Source: Octopus vulgaris | Taxonomy: Eukaryota | DNA length: 64,000 nucleotides | Assembly (NCBI GenBank): GCA_951406725.2 | Contig: OX597829.1 | Location: 16,244,001 to 16,308,000 of the forward strand | Reading direction: 5' to 3' | In this document: in pieces, positions 55,861-64,000 of the stretch | Layout of the letters: each line of letters starts with the position of its first letter | How positions within the stretch are numbered: position 1 is the first letter of the stretch | Notes under the pieces: generated by a model | The model's input: the letters and a program-made list of their open reading frames with translations, nothing else | Told to the model about the DNA's origin: nothing | The model's database searches: none | Made by a program: the position numbers and the translations under genes

Positions 55861-58800
55861 TGTGTCTGTGTTTGTCCCTCCAACATCGCTTGACAACTGA
55901 TATTGGTGTGTTTTGCGTCTCTGTAACTTAGCAGTTCGGCAAAAGAGACCAATAGAATAAGTACTAGGCTTACAAAGAATAAGCTCTGGGGTCGATTTGC
56001 TCGACTATAAAGTTATGGTGGTCCAGCATGGCCGCAGTCAAATAACAGAAACAAATAAAAGAAAGAGTAAAGTGGTTTTAGAAAAAAAAACTCATTAAAA
56101 AAAAGTTAAATTTTGGCCTGAAAACACTGCATTTCTATACTGTACTAAACGACATATTATCAGCTCTAATCATTAAGAATACTCAATTAATTAATTAATA
56201 CAGAAATTAATTATCCTGAATTCATGACTTCTTAGAGAAGTTTTAACTTAAATTCATTAAACTATCATATTCTTCACATTGCAACACTAAATATAGATCC
56301 ATGCATTTTAGTGCAGACTCGGATGATAATAGTGTTACTCAGCCAAGTACCCAACCAAACTTAAGATCTCATGCAACAAATAATCCTTTGGGAGGAGAAC
56401 GGCTGTCACCAGTTTCTAGTGACACTCCAAAAGAGGTTTCTGACAATGGACTGGATAAAGAAACAAAGAGTCAAGAGGCAACTAGTGATGGCGAGTCAAA
56501 TTCTGTCCGTGAGTCTACTCCTTGATAGAGGCATAAGTGACATGATCCTGAGGCTGTACGTCATCAACCACGGTTGGCAACCTCTTGGTCTGATTCAGAT
56601 TCAGACGAGGAGTTTAACTCAAGTAAAAATACTAAAAAAACTGCTGATAATGTCCTTAACTGCTGGTGAAAATTCTTCACTGGAAAAACTTTCTTGTAAG
56701 TCTAAAAGCAGAAGACTTTGGAAAGCCTGGGATGAAATGGTAAAACTGTTTGGATTATGTGTTTATGAACACTGTAAGCATATGAAATAAATTATATGTA
56801 TGTAGCTTGTCCAACGAAAAAATGCAAAATACCATTTATATTTGAATGATGTTGGCAAAGCTGGCAAGGCTGAGTGAAAATGAGTGCTTTCCAAGCAGAT
56901 CTATCTGGGTTCAGTCCCACAGTGTGGTACCTTCGGCAAATGTCTTCTACTATAAATAAGCATTGAGCTGATCAGAGCCTTGTGAGTGGTTTTGGCAGAT
57001 AGAAACTGAAAGCCTGTTATAAATGTGTGTGTGTGCATGTGTGTGTGTGTGTGTGTGTGTGCGTGTGTGTGTGTGTTTGTGTATGTGTGTGTGTGTGTCT
57101 GTGTGTGTGTTTGTGTGTGTTTGTGTCTGTGTGTGCGTGTGTGTGTGTGTGTGTCTGTGTGTGCGTGTGTGTGTGTGTGTGTGTGTTTGCCCCACTACCA
57201 CTTGACAGCAAGTGTTGGTTTGTTTACATCCCTGTAACCAAGTAGTTCAATAGAAGTGACTGATAGGATAAGTAGCCAAGCATAGGAAAAAATTAATTAC
57301 TAGAGATGATTTGCTTGACTAAAACTCCTCAAGATGGTACCCCAGCATGGCCACAGTCCAATGACTAAAACAAGAAAAAGCTTAAAGATTGACAAGGAAA
57401 AACAAATTCAGCAGCGACACCAATGATATCAGTCATGCAGAAACAGCTGTGGCAATGAGGGAAGCTTCTATGTGGTCACCGAAACTGCTAGAAATAACAG
57501 CCAAATTATACTTAACTATCTTTAAAAACACCAGGCAAGCAGAATAGATTCGTGAGAAATTAAAATCAAAGATACACCCAAACCCCAATCCCCAAAACAG
57601 ATGGGAACGTCATGAATGTAATAAACTTTTAATCATATATCTGTTTCGTGTTTGACCATGGACAAGTTGATTGCTAGAAATAATACTAAATCTCTCTAAT
57701 AACACTTACTTACAAAAACACTGTCTTACAAAAAAAAAAGGAGAAATAGAAATTTATATCATTTGTATTTTTTTTTTTATTTGTTTCAGTTATTTGACTG
57801 CAACCATGCTGGAGCAATGCCTTGAGGGGTTTTAGTCAAATAAATCAACTCCAGTGCTTAGTTTTTTTAAAAAATTAGTACTGGGGTACTTATTTTAAAT
57901 AAGTACTTATTTTATCGATCTCTTATGCCAAGCAGCTAAGTTGCAGGGACATAAACAAACCAGCATTGGTTGTCAAGCAGTGGTGAAGCACAAACACAGA
58001 CACACACACATATATAAATGGTTTCTTTCAGCTCCTAACTATGAAATCCACTCACTAGGCTTTGGGCAGCCTTGAGCAATAGTTGAAGGACTTGCCCAAG
58101 GTAGGAAAAAAAATAGAACGTACTTTACTCCTAGACATCACGCCCACCCTCTAACTGGATGGTCATGATTGTGTTTGTCCCCAACCACTGCTTGACAACC
58201 AGTATTGGTTCGTTTACATCCCCATGACTTAGCAATTTGGCATAAGACATTGACAAAATAAGTACTAGGCTTATCAAAAAATTAATTCTGGGGTCAATTC
58301 ATTCAACTAGAACCCTCAGAGGCACTGCTCCAGGATGGCTGCAGTCCACTGACTGAAACAAAACATAAAAGACAGTGAGATCGGCTGCTAGAAATAGCAG
58401 CTGTATCACCTGCAATTTGGTTTTTCTGCTTTACAAAAACGATAGGTGATGAATACAGAGAATTTAGTCCTAAACACTGACGACCACTGTTGGGAGAGAG
58501 GGACCTATAGCTAGAAATAACAGCCAGTGTATGATCTGAGAGAAGGAAAAAAAGGTGATTGGCACTTACATATTGTTAATGAGGTAATCAGAGAACCCAT
58601 TTATAAAGGTTAGATGGTCAGAGTTGGAAAGTCTCTCTCTTCATAGGTCTATCTGATTAGGGTTGAATACGAGGTTTAAATAACAAGTGTAGTAATGCCA
58701 ACAGCAGTGTTAAGAGAGAGAAGATAGCATCAGCGGCAGCAGCAGCATTATCAGTCTGATGGAACAACTTGCAATATCTATACACACACATATATACATA

Positions 58801-59051
58801 AACATACACAAACACACACATAAATATATAAGCACATACGCCTACACACACACATACATAAATATATAAGCACATACACCTACACACACATAAATATATT
58901 AGCACATACACCTACACCTACACACACACACACACAAATATATATATATATATACAAACAAACATATACTTATGCATATCATCATTATTTAACATCCTTT
59001 TTTCCATGCTGGCATAGGTTGGACATTTTCACAAGAGCAGATGGGCCAAAG

Positions 59052-59103
<52 letters not shown>

Positions 59104-59270
59104 CATATATATATACATACATACATATATACACATACATATATATATATAGATATATATTTATTAAAACAGAAGATGGTGAAATTTTTTTTTACATTTA
59201 TATCTATATATATGTATATGCACATATACATATATGACTTTAAACATACACAATATAAATATATACATAC

Positions 59271-59307
<37 letters not shown>

Positions 59308-60557
59308 AACACATATACATTTATGTGTGTGTGAATTTGTGTGTATATATATATACATATAAAAATATATAAATATAAATATATATATATATAAAACCGG
59401 TTCTTTTATGCTCACCATTTGTCAGTCGCAGCATTACATATCTGTCACAGAAAATTACTACTACTACTACTACTAGTACAACACTTGCTGCTGCTGCTGC
59501 TAGATGTAATTATAGTACAGTATCTCCTGCAGTTACTATTATTACTGTTGCTGCTGTTACTCCTATAATTACCATCACTACAGCTGATACTCCTCCCTCT
59601 CTTCCTCCTCCTCCTCCTACAACTACAACTACAACTACTACTACTACTACAAGTAAATGAAGTACTCCAGCTGCTGGTAGTATTACTAATAAAGAGGAAG
59701 TGAGATGAATGGCAATATGCTGTGCTCTGGAGAAGACCCATCCATCTCTCCGTAGAATTGAGGCTCTTGTCAAGTCTTCTCCCACACCTCATCTAATATT
59801 CATTCTTCTTCCATCAATCTTCTACGTTACCCTGTTTCCTTCTTCACTTTGCTCCCCTTTGCTCAACTGATATTCTCTCTCTCTCTTTAATCATGTCACT
59901 ATTTTCACTCCTGGTGCACTTACCTACACATCCATCTTTTTCCGCTCCTCTATTCTGGTCTGTCTTTTACATTCCCTTGTTAACTTTCTCATCACACATC
60001 CCTATCCCTATCTCTCTCCAGATGGACAAGTCACCTCTTCAGCAAGACACCTGCTCCTGTCTCCCTGCCTTCGTTTCTTATCCCGTTTTTTATCATCCCT
60101 CAGTTCTAACCCCACTTAGTCGTGGGGTTTTGTCTTGTAGTTACTTGGCGACCTCACAAGTGCTAGGAAGGGCATCCAACTGTTGAACCCATGCCAAAGC
60201 AGACAGTAAATCTAACGTATATCTCTGTATTTGTCCCTCACCAATGCTTGTCAACTGGTGTTGGTTTGTTTATGTCCTTGTCCCTTAAGAGTTCAACAAA
60301 AGCAACCAACGGAATAAGTACCAGACTTGTAAAATATACATATAAAGAGTAGCAGGGAGTATGCATGCATATGTGTGTGTGTGTGTGTAAGGAGATATGT
60401 ATGTATATTAATATATGCATATGTATATGGTGTTTATATACACACACACATTTACAGTGAGTGTGTGTTGTGTGTGTAGATGTTTGTGCATACATATACA
60501 TGTTCATAGATATGTATGAATGTATGCATGTATTCGTATATATGTGTGGGTGTATAT

Positions 60558-60631
60558 AGATGACAGACAGATAGATAGATGGATAGACAGAGAAAGATAG
60601 ATAGACAAAGAGATAGATAAATATATAGATG

Positions 60632-60700
<69 letters not shown>

Positions 60701-60829
60701 ATATATAGATAGATGGATAGATAGATAGGTAAATATATAGATAGATAAATATATAGATAGATAAATATATAGACAGACAGACAGACAGAGATAGATAGAT
60801 AGACAGATAGATAGATAGATAGACAGATT

Positions 60830-60899
<70 letters not shown>

Positions 60900-60972
60900 T
60901 AGATAGACAGACACACACACACACATACAGATAGACAGACACACACATACACAGACAGATGGTTAGATAGAC
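60558..60972. repeat. (GATA)n/(GACA)n compound microsatellite
   Basis: Directly visible. Confidence 0.95.
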
Positions 60973-61299
60973 ACCGAAACACACACACCTACACATTCTC
61001 CTCTTTTTAATTCAGAATAAATTTTGACCAGCCACCTGCTTGGTAGGAATGATGTGAAGGAAGGTATCTTCTGTTGTTCATCATTCTTTAACCATTTAGC
61101 ATTCAGATTTATTCACATTGTTTTGAATTAATCATGCATCATCTCATAGCTTCAATATTTCAATGATGTGGTTGTATATTTCTAGAATAACATTGTAGGA
61201 GAGGTGTGAGAGACAGGATCTGGCTGGTTTTGAACTTAATACAGGTTGAATATTTGGGCCAGATATAGCAGGTTTAGAAGCTAAATGGTTAAGTCTTAA

Positions 61300-61735
61300 G
61301 GTCTTGCAAATTTTTATGGTCTCAGACACCAGCAAATGAATAAAGGAGTTGCATTCAGTCCCCAAGAACCCAAGTTCAACCATACTTTGCTCCAGACAGG
61401 TTGATACATAACATATTGCTCCAATAATAGGCATGAAGTTAAAAGTGTATCTTGGGTACAGGATTTGCAAACTTCTTTTTCTTCTTATTAATGGTCCATT
61501 GATGTCTTCTTTCTCTTGTATTTTTCTAATCACATCAGTGTTCAGAGATCAGCTGATTTCCACAGCAAAGCATATCTTTTTCTTATGGTCCCAAACAATA
61601 ATCTCTTATGGCTGGCTATATTTTAACTTGGAGGCTATCTTAAATTCTAAGCTCCAACACTATTCTTTTGGCTCATCAATCTCAATATAGCAAACTTTAT
61701 TATCCTGTTTCAGACTGTTCTGGCCACTACATCAT
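61300..61735 (-). mobile_element. Highly degraded LINE reverse-transcriptase fragment
   Basis: Weak resemblance to the RT EINxxKT..YLG region across broken frames. Confidence 0.35.
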
Positions 61736-62738
61736 GCCTCATCATCATCATCATTTAACGTCCGTTTTCCATGCTAGCATGGGTTGGACAATTTTGACTG
61801 AGGGCTGGCAACCAGATGGCTGCACCAGGCTCCGGTCTTGATCTGGCAGAGTTTCTACAGCTGGATGCCCTTCCTAACACCAACCACTCTGAGAGTGTAG
61901 TGGGTGCTTTTTATGTGCCACCTGCATGGGGGCCAGTCTGGCGGTACTGGCAATGACCTCACTCGAATCTTTTTACACGTGCCACCGGCACAGGTGCCAG
62001 TAAGGCAATGCTGGTAATGATCACGCCTCCTGGAAAGATAATATCTGGAGGACATGCTCTCACAGTTGGAAATATGATGGATGTCATCAGTTTTGGTCCT
62101 GTACAGCCTATTTTTTGGTTGTCTGTCAATGATTTTTCAAAGTGCTACAAGCAATGGACCTAATCAGTTGGAAATGCATATAGTAAATTACAACTTTGAG
62201 TCTGTCACCTATGCTTCAAAATATGCAGATCTGCAATGGGACTGAATAGTCATTTGAAAGGTCATGGGTGGAAACTCAAAAAATGATTTGACAAGGAAGC
62301 ACAAGGTAGTAGCAATCATGGGGCAACCACAAAGTATGTATGTGTATGCGTGTATGCATGTGTGTGTGTGCGCGCATGCACAGGGATCTATCAATATAGG
62401 AAAATGACAAATTGCAATTAGACTCATCACAACCAATCTCAATGGATGACACAATGTTTACATTCCCTGCTGACAATATAAACTGTCACTCAGTACTTTC
62501 TAAGACTAATAGAATTAATCCCATATCTTTTATTGTTTACCCTGGTATTTGTTTTTTTTTTTTTTGTTTTTTTCCAAAGCCTGTTATTTGTTCTATTAGT
62601 CTATTTTTACCAAACTGCTAAGTTAAGGGACATAAACAAACCATCATTGGCAGTCAGGTGGTGGTGGTGGTGGGGATAAACCAAATTCACACAGATTATA
62701 TATATTATATATAAGTTCAACTGCACATACACACATAC

Positions 62739-62806
<68 letters not shown>

Positions 62807-62900
62807 CGTAAAAGACTTTTTCTATTCCTGAGCGTTATACTAATACATCTGTTTGTTTTGTACACCACCTGTCTTCGTCTTTTTCGTAAACAACTCTCCC

Positions 62901-62932
<32 letters not shown>

Positions 62933-62934
62933 TC

Positions 62935-63815
62935 AGCACTGCCCTGACTGGCTTCTGTGCCGGTGGCACATAAAAAGCACCATCCGAGCATGGCCGTTGC
63001 CAGTGCAGTCTCCACTGGCTTCTGTGCTGGTGGCACATAAAAAGCACCATCCGAACGTGACCGATGCCAACCCCGCCTCGAATGGCTTCTGTGCCGGTGG
63101 CACATAAAAAAAAAAAAATAAATAAAAAAATAAAAAGCACCATCCGAACATGGCTGATGCCAGCACTGCCCCAACTGGCTTCTGTGCCGGTGGCACATAA
63201 AAAGCACCATCCAAGCGTGGCCGACGCCAGCACCGCCTCGACTGGCTTCTGTGCCGGTGGCACATAAAAAGCACCAACCGATCGTGGGATCCCGGAACAT
63301 CTTGCTGTGCTTGAGGAGACCTGTTGAGTCAAGTGCATGTACATGAACATCGAACCAAATATCAATGGAAACAGTAGTTGTGATACCTGTGCCGGTGATA
63401 CATAAAAAGCACCATCCGAACGTGGCCATTGCCAGTGCAGCCTCCACTGGCTTCTGCGCCGGTGGCACATAAAAAGCACCATCCGAACGTGACCGATGCC
63501 AACCCTGCCTCGAATGGCTTCTGTGCCGGTGGCACATAAAAAGCACCATCCGAACATGGCCGATGCCAGCACCGCCTTGACTGGCTTCTGTGCCGGTGGC
63601 ACATAAAAAAAGCACCAACCTATCGTGGCCGATGCCAGACCCCTCTGGCACCTGTGCAGGTGGCAGGTAAAAAGCACCCACTACACTCGCGGAGTGGTTG
63701 GCGTTAGGAAGGGCATCCAGCTGTAGAAACACTGCCAGATCAGACTGGAACCTGGGGCAGCCCCTGGCTCCCCAGACCCCGGACGTTAAACGATGATGAT
63801 GATGATGATGATGAT
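62935..63815 (+). repeat. Array of 10 units of about 67 bp (GTGCCGGTGGCACATAAAAAGCACC core) in a duplicated RTE 3' end
   Basis: Cores at about 62957, 63023, 63091, 63184, 63252, 63389, 63456, 63524, 63590, 63654; ends in (GAT)n. Confidence 0.85.
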
Positions 63816-64000
63816 ATATGCATTCACACAGACACACCTACACAAAAGTGTATATAAATAGATCCACTCACAAGGCTTTTGTCAGCTTAAGACTATAGTG
63901 AGAGACACGTACCATGTAGTGGGACTGAACCCACAACCATATGATTGGTAAACATGCTTCTTATCATACACTCACACATGCACCTTTTATATAAGTTTAT

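Noticed and set aside
59445-59792. Ser/Arg-rich ORFs
   Set aside because: Low-complexity CTA/CTG/CCT trinucleotide mosaic.
62935-63680. CRISPR-like repeat-spacer array
   Set aside because: The linkers are homologous to one another, there are no cas genes, and the context is a eukaryotic LINE 3' UTR.

Overview
AT-rich, microsatellite- and repeat-dense animal genomic DNA. The SINE, RTE-LINE and MITE families resemble those of Octopus (inferred, no search run). The only clear host gene segment is the first coding exon of an estrogen-related receptor (ERR/NR3B) on the minus strand (exon 29166-29560, ATG at 29511, P-box CEACKA). I found no further exon in the 29 kb downstream, so most of the window is probably intronic. 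The rest is tRNA-derived SINEs, RTE and R4/Dong LINE remnants, TTAA-flanked MITEs, Helentron-like elements and simple repeats; nearly all long ORFs in the track are microsatellite artefacts. The most striking hidden signal is a set of sequence-unrelated short elements, mostly inside (TA)n tracts, that carry type I hammerhead ribozyme motifs with palindromic stem III. Several are folded back as arm-spacer-arm-tail, including a perfect 253-bp-arm palindrome at 44568-45084 with a hammerhead on each strand. A Penelope-like GIY-YIG remnant at about 35.3-35.6 kb suggests these are Penelope pLTR derivatives.
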